A stretch of DNA of 64,000 nt from the human T2T-CHM13v2.0 reference genome, Homo sapiens. The stretch lies in the NCBI RefSeq assembly GCF_009914755.1, contig NC_060936.1. One strand, written 5' to 3'. The position numbers and the translations under genes were made by a program. Below are positions 1 through 57,112 of the stretch, piece by piece. Below the pieces are notes generated by a model. It was not told the DNA's origin and did no database searches. It worked only from the letters and a program-made list of their open reading frames with translations. Each line of letters opens with the position of its first letter. Positions within the stretch are counted from its first letter, which is position 1.

Positions 1-59
1 TTTTTTACTGCACCATGCTGCATCTACCCAAAAATATGCTAATGTGTCAGTTGATTGAT

Positions 60-341
60 CGAGACAAGAGTCTCACTCTGTTGCCCAAGCTGGATTACAG
101 TAGTGCCATCATAGCTCACTGCAGCCTCGAACTCCTGGACTCAAGTGATCCTCCTGCCTCAGCCTCTCAAGTAGACTACTACAAGTGTGTGCTACCATGC
201 CCAGCTAATTTTTTGATTTTTAATTTAAAAATTTTTTGTTTTGTAGAAGTGGGGTCTTGCTATATTACTCAGGCTGATCTTGAACTCTTGGCCTCAAGTG
301 ATCCTCCCTGAGATTACAGGTGTGAGTGACTGTGCCTGGCC
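60..341 (-). mobile_element. AluJ-like SINE
   Basis: Antisense dimeric Alu, diverged. Confidence 0.85.
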
Positions 342-344
342 TCT

Positions 345-481
345 TCTTTTTCTTTTTTAATTTTTGGGGTGGGGTTTTGCTGTTGTTGCCCAGGCTTGCC
401 TTGGACTCCCGAGCTTGTGTGATCCTCCTGCCTCAGCCTATCAAGTAGCTGGGACCACAGGTGCATGCTGCTGCACCTGGC
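345..481 (-). mobile_element. FLAM/Alu monomer
   Basis: Antisense single Alu arm with T-tail. Confidence 0.7.
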
Positions 482-599
482 TTGCTCATATGTCTCTTGT
501 CATAAAAATATTTTTTATTGCCTTTCTTTTCATGGATAAACCCAGAACACTATAGTTTCTGTCTGTTATGTAATACTATTGTGAATCCTGTATCCCAAA

Positions 600-3530
600 G
601 TAGACTGGTTTTCCCACACTTATCCTACACTTTCCTGACTCTGTATTTGTTGGTGCTATTTCCTCTGGAGTGTTTTCTATCAGCGTCTCTAGTGTCACCT
701 ATTAGAATCCTACCTATCCTTGTTATTTTATGTTGTATTTACATGTTTTTTTTTTATTTATTTTTTATTTTTTATTGATCATTCTTGGGTGTTTCTCACA
801 GAGGGGGATTTGGCAGGGTCATAGGACAATAGTGGAGGGAAGGTCAGCAGATAAACAAGTGAACAAAGGTCTCTGGTTTTCCTAGGCAGAGGACCCTGCA
901 GCCTTCCGCAGTGTTTGTGTCCCTGGGTACTTGAGATTAGGGAGTGGTGACGACTCTTAACGAGCATGCTGCCTTCAAGCATCTGTTTAACAAAGCACAT
1001 CTTGCGCCGCCCTTAATCCATTTAACCCTGAGTGGACACAGCACATGTTTCAGAGAGCACAGGGTTGGGGGTAAGGTCACAGATCAACGGGATCCCAAGG
1101 CAGAAGAATTTTTCTTAGTATAGAACAAAATGAAAAGTCTCCCATGTCTACTTCTTTCTACACAGACACGGCAACCATCCGATTTCTCAATCTTTTCCCC
1201 ACCTTTCCCCCCTTTCTATTCCACAAAGCCGCGATTGTCATCCTGGCCCGTTCTCAATGAGCTGTTGGGCACACCTCCCAGACGGGGTGGTGGCCGGGCA
1301 GAGGGGCTCCTCACTTCCCAGTAGGGGCGGCCGGGCAGAGGCGCCCCTCACCTCCCGGACGGGGCGGCTGGCCGGGCGGGGGGCTGACTCCCCCACCTCC
1401 CTCCCGGAAGGGGTGGCTGGCCAGGCGGGGGGGTGACCCCCCCACCTCCCTCCCGGATGGGGTGGCTGGCCAGGTGGGGGGCTGACCCCCCAACCTCCCT
1501 CCCGGACGGGGCGGCTGGCCGGGCAGAGGGGCTCCTCACTTCCCAGTAGGGGCGGCTGGGCAGAGGCGCCCCTCACCTCCCAGACGGGGCGGCTGGCCGG
1601 GCGGGGGGCTGACCCCCCCACCTCCCTCCCGGACGGGGCGGCTGGCCGGGCGGGGGGGTGACCCCCCCACCTCCCTCCCGGACGGGCCGGCTGGCCGGGC
1701 GGGGGGCTGACCCCCCCCACCTCCCTCCCGGACGGGGCAGCTGGCCGGGCAGGGGGCTGACCCCCCCACCTCCCTCCCAGACGGGGCGGCTGGCCGGGCG
1801 GGGGGCTGACCCCCCCACCTCCCTCCCGGACGAGGCGGCTGGCCGGGCAGAGGGGCTCCTCACTTCCCAGTAGGGGCGGCCGGGCAGAGGCGCCCCTCAC
1901 CTCCAGGATGGGGCGGCTGGCCAGGCGGGGGGCTGACTCCCCCAGGCTGACTCCCCCACCTCCCTCCCAGACCGGGCGGCTGGCCGGGCGGGGGCTGACC
2001 CCCCACCTCCCTCCTGGACAGGGTGGCTGGCCGGGCAGAGGGGCTCCTCACTTCCCAGTAGGGGTGGCTGGGCAGAGGCACCCCTCACCTCCCGGACGGG
2101 GTGGCTGGCCGGGCGGGGGGCTGACCCCCCCACCTCCCTCCCGGACGGGGTGGCTGGCCGGGTGGGGGGCTGACCCCCCCACCTCCCTCCCGGACGGGGC
2201 GGCTGGCCGGGCGGGGGGCTGACCCCCCCACCTCCCTCCCGGACGGGGTGGCTGCTGGGCGGAGACGCTCCTCATTTCCCAGACGGGGTGGCTGCCGGGC
2301 GGAGAGGCTCCTCACTTCTCAGACGGGGCGGCTGCTGGGCGGAGGGGCTCCTCACTTCTCAGACGGGGCGGTTGCCAGGCAGAGGGTCTCCTCACTTCTC
2401 AGACGGGGTGGCCGGGCAGAGACGCTCCTCACCTCCCAGACGGGGTCGCGGCCGGGCAGAGGCGCTCCTCACATCCCAGATGGGGTGGCGGGGCAGAGGC
2501 GCTCCCCACATCTCAGATGATGGGCGGCCGGGCAGAGACGCTCTTCACTTCCTAGATGGGATGGCGGCAGGGAAGAGGCGCTCCTCACTTCCTAGATGGG
2601 ATGGCGGCCGGACGGAGACGCTCCTCACTTCCCAGACTGGGCAGCCAGGCAGAGGGGCTCCTCACATCCCAGACGATGGGCGGCCAGGCAGAGACGCTCC
2701 TCACTTCCCAGACGGGGTGGCGGCCGGGCAGAGGATGCAATCTCGGCACTTTGGGAGGCCAAGGCAGGCGGCTGGGAGGTAGAGGTTGTAGCGAGCCGAG
2801 ATCACGCCACTGCACTCCAGCCGGGGCACCATTGAGCACTGAGTGAACGAGACTCCGTCTGCAATCCCGGCACCTCGGGAGGCCGAGGCTGGCGGATCAC
2901 TCGCGGTTAGGAGCTGGAGACCGGCCAGGCCAACACAGCGAAACCCCGTCTCCACCAAAAAAAATACGAAAACCAGTCAGGCGTGGCAGCGCGTGCCTGC
3001 AATCGCAGGCACTCGGCAGGCTGAGGCAGGAGAATCAGGCAGGGAGGTTGCAGTGAGCCGAGATGGCAGCAGTACAGTCCAGCTCCGGCTGGGCATGAGA
3101 GGGAGACCGTGGAAACAGAGGGAGAGGGAGACCGTGGGGAGACGGGAGAGGGAGAGGGAGACCATGGGGAGACGGGGGAGACCGTGGGGAGACGGGAGAG
3201 GGAGAGGGAGAGGGAGAGGGAGAGCTGGATTTCAAAGCTTCATCCATGCTGAGCTGCAAGGGGAATGGACAGAACTGGAAACTGGGGCAGACTGGAGTTG
3301 CCAGCCTAGGCTGGGCTGTGAGCTCCATGGAGCAGATGCCGGGCCATCCTGCCCTGGCTCTAAGCCCAGCCCCAGGCCAGGGCCGACACCTGGTAGGCTC
3401 TTTATGAGTGCTTCCTGAATGAATGCTGCAGAATTACATGTCTTATATCTCATAATTACATTTCAAGTCTCTTGAGGGGAGAAGGACTATCAGTTATACT
3501 TTTCTGTGTCCCTGCAGCTTTTTGTATGGT
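600..3530 (+). mobile_element. Old L2-like fragment split by the SVA (~600-746 and ~3434-3530)
   Basis: Joining the SVA flanks gives ...tgttgtatttacatgtcttatatctc...aagtctcttgagggg...ctgtgtccctgcagc, resembling the L2 3' end. Confidence 0.55.
747..3224 (-). mobile_element. Full-length SVA retrotransposon (D-F type), antisense to SCYL2
   Basis: Poly-T 747-772, SINE-R ~773-1265, GC-rich VNTR ~1270-2730, Alu-like ~2735-3095, (GGGAGA)n hexamer ~3098-3224. Confidence 0.97.
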
Positions 3531-4599
3531 GATTTAAATATTATAGAATTAGGAATTTATTGGCAATCATGAAGAGAGACAATTCAAAGATTACTTTAAG
3601 ATGTCCTAATTGTTAGGTTGTAAAAATTGTAGTAGCATTGATAGAAATAGGGACACTTTAGGGAAGAAAAAGATAACTTCCAGTTTTTAATGAATTAATA
3701 ATACTGACATGACACTGGAATTACCCAAAGGAAATGCACTTCAGAAAGAGTAATTCAGATGACAGTCCAGAGTTGGTGATGTATATGGGGGTGAGTCACT
3801 TACAGGCAGTAATTAAAACCTAAAAAAAAGTGAGTTTTTCAAGAGTATGAGTAAAAGGAGCAGAGTACTGAGGAAAGAACCTTGAAATGTAGGGAAAACA
3901 AGAGCCAAAGAAAAAGGAGGAATATTGTCGTATGGCAGGAGAATTGGCAGCATGTCATGGAAGCAAAAGGAAGGAAAAAGAACCTGCTAACACTGGGGAA
4001 TACAGAATAAAAAAGAAGATAAGGACAGAGAAGAATCCATTACATTTGACCAGTGAGAAGTTGTTAGTAACATTCAGTAATTTTAGTAGGATGACAGTTT
4101 GGAAGCAAAAAAAAATAGATTCAAAGGGACCTAGCAGAGAAGACACTATGTAAGTCTATAAGACAGTTTTTTTTTTTTTTAACAGTACAGTTCAACAAAA
4201 GCATGCCTTATGGTCCAATGTGTTAATGAGCTACGTGTTGGGAGTACAGAACAAGGCAGCTTCCTTGATGATGGCTGAGCAGGCAGCAGGACAATGTGAC
4301 CATTTCTCACCTTCAACCTAAGTTCTGTTTTTATTTCTTATATATTAAGCTTCTGCATATGCTCTCATTTGAAAAACAGATTTAAGGCAGAAGAAAAGTT
4401 ATTCAGGTATTGGAACAGATGAGACATCAATTAAAGGACATAACTGCCATTTAACAGTTACTATGCAGGCCCAGAAGCTTGTTATGTAGCCACATTACTG
4501 TACTACTTTGTAGTTCTTCATTGCCAGAGCCTAAAGCCCAAGGCCTAAAGTGTTAGGGCTTGGGTGGCAAATGCTTGGTAATTATAATAGCAATGGTAA

Positions 4600-4810
4600 G
4601 CTTATTGAGCTTACATGCTTTATGTATTTTACATGATTTTCTCATTAGATCTTTATACTAACCCTTCAAGGTGGGTCTATTATCACCATTTTACAAATGG
4701 GTGAAGTGAGGTTCAGAACAGTAGTGTCCATTGTTACCAAGACAGCACATAGGGATGCTGGGACTTAAAGTCAGGTATCTGTCCTCAAAGCCTGAGCTCT
4801 TGATCATTAC
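4600..4810 (-). mobile_element. MIR
   Basis: Core ccattttacaaatgggtgaagtgaggttcaga. Confidence 0.6.
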
Positions 4811-5454
4811 CCTGTAAGGCCATTGAATGTTAATATCTAACATTTTCTGAGTTTATAAATCTTCTTGTACATGAAAGACTAGTAATTTAAAAAATTTAAT
4901 AACTGTGACACCTTTCAAAATGACATATAAAATAGATCAAAGCTGTTTTGTGAAGTGGGAACTGGGCTACTGGAGCTAGCTGTGCCTTGTCTCTCTTCCT
5001 GACTACTCCTATTCCAGGGTCATCTGTGGGAAATCCAGAAGTTCCTTTGAGCGTATTCTGAAAATTAACAGCCTTAATAAATAAGGATAATACCATAAGT
5101 GTAATGTAACAGTATTTTGAATTAGTTTATTGGTTTTCCATAAAGAATATCAATCATTTGAACAAGGTGGTTGAACAAGGTGGTGTTTTATTTTTTCACT
5201 TTTTAAGTTTTAAAAAAGATCGCAGTTATCACAACACTTAGTTTAAAAGACCGAGTGATTTATCTAGTATAATTTGTATGCAGAGGCTCCTAACTTTGTT
5301 GGTTTAAGTGGATTATGTCTATGCTGAAATTAACAAATGTAAAATAGTTACCTTCTTATTGATAGTTTAATAGGAGCACTAATATTTTATGTATATTTGA
5401 TTTTGATAATGTGTAATAATATGATAGTAAATAACTTTTTCTTTTTTAAAACAG

Positions 5455-46601
<41,147 letters not shown>

Positions 46602-49150
46602 GGTGTCTTACTTCTATTTTGAAGGATTATTTCAGTTTCAATCATGGGTGAGCTGATTTACATCTTTATATAGTTGGCTTGGAGGAAGTACTTCTATGGG
46701 AAAGTGAACAGTTCTGTGACAGGAAACATCTCTGTCCATGCCAGCATAGTAGTTGTATGGACTTCTAACCAGTTGAGTTTTTTAAAGCATTGAGGATTTT
46801 TTCCTCTTACCAACTCCTCTTCAGGTTTTTAAAGACCCAGCCCTTCCCAATCTCAAAGAGAAAAAGGAAACTGAGTTATCTTGAATAACATAACTTTTTA
46901 ATCAAATGTTTATTTTGGCTTGTGGATCTTGGTGTTATTTAAAAAATTGAGGTGATGGTCATTGCAAGCTCATCTATTAAGTACTATATGGTACACAGTC
47001 TATGAGTCATTAGTCTTCATTTTAATATGTAAAAAATCTTGATGCTGTATTGATTTGTTTGCATTTAAGATGACAGTGAGAAAATGATAAGCATAAAGAG
47101 AAGTATCAGGTTATTTGCTTTTTCCAAACTTTTCAGATGAACTATTGTTTAGTACAGAGACTGAGCAAATACTACAAAATTCAACTTAACCTTCATTTCA
47201 TTGGTTTAAATGCGTTATTAACCATCTTAAGTGCAAACTAATCATTGTAAATTATATTTTAGCATGGTCTGCCTCAAATAGTAATGTATTTTTCTGCATT
47301 CACTTGGATATATTTAGAATCACTTTTTTCCTCCTGTATCAAGGAAGAGGTATGTGCTGATTTGTTTGGATATTTGACAAGGCACTCTGATGTGACTTCC
47401 CTGACTACTACCTTCATATTTCATTTCAAATTCAAACTTCTGAGGTTGCAGCATATATGAATTGCATTTTCAAAAGAAGATTTGTAAGAATTAAACTATA
47501 TTTATGAGTAAACTTTTGAGGTTTCTGCTGTATTGTTTCAAATGTAATAAACTTTACTTCTGTAAAAATTGAGCAGTTGTATCTTCTGACCACCAACAGA
47601 TTTTCAGCTTGCCATGATAGTCTGACCTCATTAATTACTGCTACTGAAGTTCAATTTTTTTCTAGGAATTTTAGGAACCTTTTGTTTAAATATTTTAATT
47701 TCTATTAGCCATTTTTAGGAAGGAAAGAATCAATTCTCTTAACAGGAAACATGCTTTATTTTTCAAAACCTTTCTCTGATATTTTTCTTTAATTTGCTGA
47801 TTATTCAACCACAGAGCCTTATGCTATAAATGTCATTTGTATTTTAAAAAATAATATTCCACTCATAAAACTTTAAAACCATCTTTCAACGAACTATATA
47901 TGTATTATAGTTGCTGCCATAGAGTTGATGGTTTTTAATTATCTGGAACCAGCAATCATTTAAAATAAACCATATTAAGTTTAGTATGCTGGTATTGTTT
48001 ATTCATTTTATATGAATATTCATTGAAAATATATACACAATATATGTAATACACAGCACTTGATTACAAAATGTAATTTAATTATATTATTGCTGGCAGC
48101 ATTCAGTTAAGAGGGTACTTTAAAAAATAGAAGTCAGCTTTCACATCTGATTTCTGTATGGGCTGTACTTGGTTAACTTGATTTTAGAAAAAGGACTAAC
48201 AGAATTGCTAAAGAAATGCATCCAATAAATGAAAAACAGTAGGAAGATCAAATGTTTTTGTCAAATATATTCACAACTTGACCAGATTAGCTGTCCTGTT
48301 TGTAATGCAATATTAATATGTCTTTTGGGAAAAAGCCTACATATGGAATAAAATAAGTATTGAAGAATTTTTCTTTGTAACAATTTAGTAGTCACTGTTT
48401 ATTGAGAAATTGTTTTTTATTTTGTAAAATAACATGATGTTAGTGTTGAACTCTTAAACAGAAAGAAAGCTTAATATAACAGCTTATAGAACTTGAACTA
48501 CTAAATATGAAAATAAGTCATTTGAAAAAAATACAGTATGTAAAATTTGTTCATTCGTTGAGGTAATGGTGCTATGTTTTTACAAAATTGTTCCTACACC
48601 TTTTTTCTACTTCAGGTATTTTATTTCAACCATTTCCATCAATTGAACTGTTACCATTGCCTTTTTCTGTTGAGAAATTGCCTCTGAAAAATAGTGCTAT
48701 TTTTCAGCTTAAGTGTTCTTAAGTGAATGAAATTTTCAAAGTACTAGATCACCTTAAAATTATTTCACGTACTGAAGACAATTAAGTCCGTTATGTTTAG
48801 AGTAGAAAATGTTTAGGTTAAAGAGCATCTGTCAACAGAATCTACAAAAAAGATTCCCTTGCATTTGAATTAGTTCTCTATTCTCCTATTGCTAAATGTG
48901 TGATATATAGAGAGGATGTATAAAAGGAAATGGAAATAGACTATGTACTTGTCTGGTTTTTGTTTGTTTTTATTTTGGAATGCTTATAAGCCTCCTTTAC
49001 ACTGAATAAGGAAGTAGTTTTTGTTTTCTTTTGACCTGTAAAATACCTCACATGGTTGTTTTTACACATGAAAGAAAAAGGTATATGCGAACATACCTGA
49101 TATCAAGAGGAGTATGCACCAAATAAATTTTAGCTTTGATAAAACTTTCC
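46602..49150 (+). other. SCYL2: SCYL2 3' UTR (end approximate)
   Basis: AT-rich stretch after the stop with no obvious repeats; repeats resume after ~49250. Confidence 0.75.
49122..49127 (+). terminator. Distal polyadenylation signal AATAAA
   Basis: AATAAA followed ~30 nt later by a GT/T-rich element (gttgtgatttcatactttgtgat). Confidence 0.65.
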
Positions 49151-49459
49151 ATATTAAGTTGTGATTTCATACTTTGTGATTACTGGTCTTAAAATAATTT
49201 TGGAACAAATGAATCTGTAAGAATTCAAACTATATAGGATTTTGAGAGATTATCTACATCAGTGGCTTTCAAACTCTTAACTGTGACACTCAATAAGAAA
49301 GACATTTTACCCTACAACTGCTATATAAAATATTTACCTGAAACAAAAGTTTCAGAAAACGTCTTTAATAGGTGTAGTGTACTCTTTTTATTCTATTAAT
49401 TAAAAAGTTGGTTACAATTGCTAAAGGATTTCATGACTTAGTTTGAATAAAACTAAGTA

Positions 49460-49763
<304 letters not shown>

Positions 49764-50170
49764 TCAGCCCTATCTCTCCCAGCAGAGGTAGAAACAGAGG
49801 GCCTGAGGCTTGCATGGCTTAACCCGAAAAAATCAGCGCCTGGAATAGAAGCTAGATTTTTTCCTAATCTGCTCTCTACCACCTTGCATCTGTTACTGTA
49901 TGAATTCTTCTGGAAGTGCTTCTGTTAAGACAGACATGTAGCAAGTAGGTGTTCAGTACTTATTGGGTATCATAAATATGTTTACATTGAGAAAAAATGG
50001 CTATGAGGGGAGAGTTGAGATGACAGAAATGTACATAGTCAAAATCAGCCTCTGGCTGCTGGTTTGAAATATGAGTGAGGAGAGTTGGGGCATCTGGGTT
50101 AGCAGTGTTTATAGTACCCAGACATATAGCGTAATTAAAGCTTTTAGACTTGGGGAGAAGGGAGTGCAGT

Positions 50171-50868
50171 AGTTAGAATGGCGATCATTAAAAAGTCAGG
50201 AAACAACAGGTGCTGGAGAGGATGTGGAGAAATAGGAACACTTATACACTGTTGGTGGGACCGTAAACTAGTTCAACCATTGTGGAAGACAGTGTGGCAA
50301 TTCCTGAAGGATCTAGAACTAGAAATACCATTTGACCCACTCATCCCATTACTGGGTATATACCCAAAGGATTATAAATCATGCTGCTATAAAGACACAT
50401 GCACACATAGACTTATTGCAGCACTATTCACAATAGCAAAGACTTGGAACCAACCCAAATGTCCATCAATGATAGATTGGATTAAGAAAATGTGGCACAT
50501 ATACACCATGGACTACTATGCAGCCATAACAAAGGATGAGTTCATGTCCTTTGTAGGGACATGGATGAAGCTGGAAACCATCATTCTCAGCAAACTATCA
50601 CAAGAACAAAAAACCAAACACTGCATGTTCTCACTCATAGGAATTGAACAATGAGAACACTTGGGCACAGGAGGGGGAATATCACACACCGGGGCCTGTT
50701 GTGGGGGCGGGGGAGGGAAAGCATTAGGAGATATACCTAATGTAAATGACGAGTTAATGGGTGCAGCATGCCAATATGGCACATGTATACATATGTAACA
50801 AACCTGCACGTTGTGCACACGTACCCTAGAACTTAAAGTATAATTAAAAAAAAAAAAGAAAAGAAAAA
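50171..50868 (+). mobile_element. 5'-truncated L1PA (3' ~700 bp)
   Basis: 158-aa ORF2 C-terminus, 3'UTR and A-tail. Confidence 0.92.
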
Positions 50869-50964
50869 GCCATTTTACCAAGATGGAACTTGTTGAAGTT
50901 TAGAAACTTTTTCTGTCCAAAGAAGCAAAGTTGCTCCAGCCACTCAGAAAGGATTTAACTACCA

Positions 50965-51835
<871 letters not shown>

Positions 51836-51840
51836 ATATA

Positions 51841-52281
<441 letters not shown>

Positions 52282-52284
52282 TTA

Positions 52285-52922
52285 TCAACTTATGGTTTCA
52301 GTTCCAAACCCATCCTTTGCCTTGCCTTGTACTGTTTTTTTCCTTTGCCAGCTGGAAAAATGAGGGCCCCAGAGTGGCACTGCAAAGCAAGAGCTGCAAG
52401 AAGATACTTTACTTATGGTTGTGGGTCTCCCATTATTATCCACCATAGAAGCCCAGCAGTCCAAACAGAGGAGCTCCAGCTGCACCTCAGGTTACCTTCT
52501 CCCAACCCTGAGCCACTGTGGAGCAGCTCCCATGGGCTGCTTCCATGCCAGCTCTGCCACTCCATCAAGCAACTGTCTTCCATTCTGTGGCCCATTCCCT
52601 CGGACAAGTTTCTTCACCATGGCAGGCTGAATGTTCCTGTAGAAACCACACCCTCTCCAGAGAAGTCTGATCTCAGCTTGGGAGTGGAGTAGGGGAAGAG
52701 AGCCTCTCCTGGTCTTTAGTTCATTTTTTTTTTTTTTTCACTTTTCTTCAGCCTAGAGGCAGTATTTGCCTTTTACCTGCTACTTCTGTGCCCCTTAGAG
52801 TCCTCTTTTGCCCCTACAAATAATTTACCAGCTTCTACTAGTTAGCAAATATTATATTAAAACTTCCCTGTTCAAGTATCTGGTGTGGGGTTTCTGTCTC
52901 CTTACTTACCCTCACTGATAGA
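52285..52922 (+). mobile_element. LTR33/LTR16-like ERVL LTR
   Basis: 3' end attaaaacttccctgttcaagtatctggtgtggggtttctgtctcc...ctgata. Confidence 0.5.
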
Positions 52923-53430
52923 GCCTGAATCCAATAATAAGTCATTTTAAAATGGGGCCATAAATATATACTGCTATCAAAAGCCATTGGAATTGTGTTT
53001 ACCTATCCTATATTAAAACTTTATGGAAGTTCTTTTGAAAGTTCCCACAGTAGAAATACAGTTTGGCTACTTTAATTATACCTACTGGATGCAGTTCCAA
53101 TTTTTGTCTTTTTTCCTCCTGTGTTTTGGATATGTTCCTTTGTGTGGTGACCTTGGTTGCTAGTAAAGGCAGTGTTTGACTTTTATATAAAGGTAAATGA
53201 GATAGAGACGTTAATGTCTGTAGTTTGATTGTAGGAATAAACATAGATTTGCCCCAAGTCTATGCCCCTCAGCCTACCAGTCTTTTTGAACATAATGATC
53301 AGTCAAAACTCAAATGTGAGGCATATCCATGGTCACACTAGAAGCATATGGTGTATGAAGTTTGGAGCCAGAAAAAGGTGCTTTTATTAAAAAAATTTCA
53401 GGCTAAAATTGTAGTACTCACACTTTATAG

Positions 53431-53832
<402 letters not shown>

Positions 53833-54280
53833 TAAGAAAATCTTGTCTCTAACATTTGGCACTCTTAAGATTGTATCTGTAAAGAGATGGAAAGGCTTTT
53901 CACTGAGGTGGGTGTCCTCATTAGACTGCTCACATTTTATAAGAGGTTGTCACGTCTGTCTCCAGCTACAGTGGTTATGTGAATCTGCCCTCAATCAGCA
54001 ATGGTACCTGTACTCCAGCCACTTGTCAGAGAGCAACATTTAACTCTCTATTGCCCAATGGGCAAAATCTCGTTTTTGAGAGATGTTTATTGAGGAGGCC
54101 AAAAATTGAGTAATCCATTCATTTTCTCTAGAAATTCTGAATTAAGCCCACTCTTGAGACCTTTGTGCCTGGGTTGCCTTGTTTTCTCCATGCATCAGGT
54201 TTCTTTTATCACTGGTAGCTTTTGACTATGCTGTGAACTTGTATTTACGCCAGGGATGACATTGGTTCACTCCCACATAA

Positions 54281-54674
<394 letters not shown>

Positions 54675-55143
54675 TGCTTCTACCTTTTAAAGTCCGCATA
54701 AAGTAACAGATTAGGTAATACAGCTAAGAGATTCAGCCAAATGTGCTGTTTACCTGTAGCAAATGTATAGGATAATAATAGTATGCAATATTCAATGCGT
54801 ACCTTCTGGCTTTATCTGATTTTTAAAAAATCCTTATTTCTCATTTGCTCTGATTTCCTTTTAAAATAAGTTTTTTATCTATGTTCATAGAAATCCTCTT
54901 TTGGAATCAGGTAGAGTATAAACAGTTACACGGACTGAATGAGTGTAAATCTTGTCTCTTTCACTTAACTGACCAGAATAAGTTTTCTCAGCTACGAAAT
55001 AAGATCACACCTTACAGGCCTATTAGGATTAGTGTGCAAAGTGTGCAAAGCACCTAGCACAGCTCCTGGCACATAGTAGGTGCTCAATAGATTTTTCCAC
55101 TCACTTTGTGATGATATAGATCTCTAAAATAAACTCTGCTTTA

Positions 55144-55615
<472 letters not shown>

Positions 55616-56837
55616 TTATAAAGGTAGTTGAGTAAGCAGACAGGTGCAGAACAGTGTGATACACACTATGAGCAAAATCCATGTAGGAGGGACACGCAAT
55701 CTAGATAGTCGGGAAGGCTTAAAGGAGACAGGGCCCGAGCTCAGCTGCACAGAGCTTTTGTAAAGTTTTTTACTGTTTTTTTGTTTTTTGTTTTTCTGTG
55801 TTTTGTTTGTTTGTTTTGTTTTGTTTTTTTATGCTACCAAATGATTACTTTGGTCACATTTTCTCAAATTAAGTTTGAACTACTAGGGAGCGGATTAGAG
55901 CAGGTAACTGCCAAAGTCCTTTTGAATTCTGAGATTTTATGAAAACTTCTCAAATAAGGGAAATCTGGTCAATTTTTCATGACTAAGAAAAGCAGAATTA
56001 ATGCTAGCTGCCTAAATTAGAACATGTGGAGAAATACCAAAAAGAAAAAAATATTAGCTGATTAAAACATTTCTATTAGAGCCAGGGATGACAGCAAGGC
56101 AAGGAGCAGAATAAGTGAGCTATAATGTTATTTTTTAGCTGGTTTATATTTTATTGAATATTTCATACATTTAAGAATCCACACTTGGGGGCTTAATGTA
56201 TATAGAATAAATCTTTTAAAACCGTGGCTGGATTTTGGGGTTGTGGGGGAAATGTCTGCCATAAATATATTTAGTCTGTAAACTACCAGAAGATGTCACT
56301 ATCTCCCAAGTAATCATCCATTACATTAGCCCCTTTACAGGTGATTTTTTTTAACATGAATAGGCTAGGGAAGATAATGGGAAGAATATCTGCCTTTTGG
56401 TGTAGCATCTACAAAAGGATGGGATCATGAGAAATACTTGTGAACGGTGTGTGGGTTTGTTCTGCCGTGACCCTTAACCCCCCAAATATCATCCTTGTTC
56501 ACTGCTCTATGTGTTAAAATTATCTGGACACGCAGGGTTCTATCTGCACCTTCAAGAAAAATGAAGGTGGTAAAAAAATCCTTCAAAATATTATCTCTGG
56601 TTTTGATCTTTCAACATTTCAGTTTGCATTATTACAATACAACTGTATTTAACAGATTATCAGATTTTCTAGTATATCCCTGAGTATTTTTTGCAAGTCA
56701 CCATGCATAGTGCATAAAGCAAATCTAGTGTTTCCACACTGCAGTAATACCAAATGAAAGGAATCCAGCTTTCCTCATTTCTTCGCAAGGGGAGATTTCG
56801 GAGCATATGGGTAGTATAACACATGTTTAAAAAATAA

Positions 56838-57112
56838 GCCTGTAATTCCAGCACTTTGGGAGGCCGAGGCAGGCAGATCACTTAAGGTTAGGAGTTTGAG
56901 ACCAGCCTGGCCAACATGGTGAAACCTCATCTCCACTAAAAATACAAAAATTAGCTGGGCCTGGTGGCACACACCTGTAATCCCAGCTACCTGGGAAGCT
57001 GGGGGCAGGAGAATTGCTTGAACCCAAGGAGGTGGAGGTTGCAGTGAGCTGAGATAGCGCTCACTCCAGCCTGGGTGACAGAGCAAGACTCTGTTTTAAA
57101 TAATAATAATAA
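56838..57112 (+). mobile_element. AluS, slightly 5'-truncated
   Basis: Sense Alu starting gcctgtaattccagc. Confidence 0.85.

Noticed and set aside
1270-2730. Repeat array or CpG island that might suggest CRISPR or a promoter
   Set aside because: Tandem degenerate SVA VNTR units without unique spacers; no cas genes; eukaryotic DNA
1130-3453. Many overlapping 60-220 aa Pro/Gly/Arg-rich ORFs
   Set aside because: Translations of the stop-poor SVA VNTR, Alu-like and hexamer domains; not genes
5158-5183. 13-bp tandem duplication (a similar one lies at ~62170-62201)
   Set aside because: Ordinary slippage duplication with no sign of function
52285-52692. Cluster of 64-121 aa ORFs
   Set aside because: They lie in an old LTR-like element, with no recognisable domain or exon structure
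56286-56300. CTCF-like CCAGAAGATGTCACT
   Set aside because: Core mismatches; cannot be supported without a PWM or ChIP data
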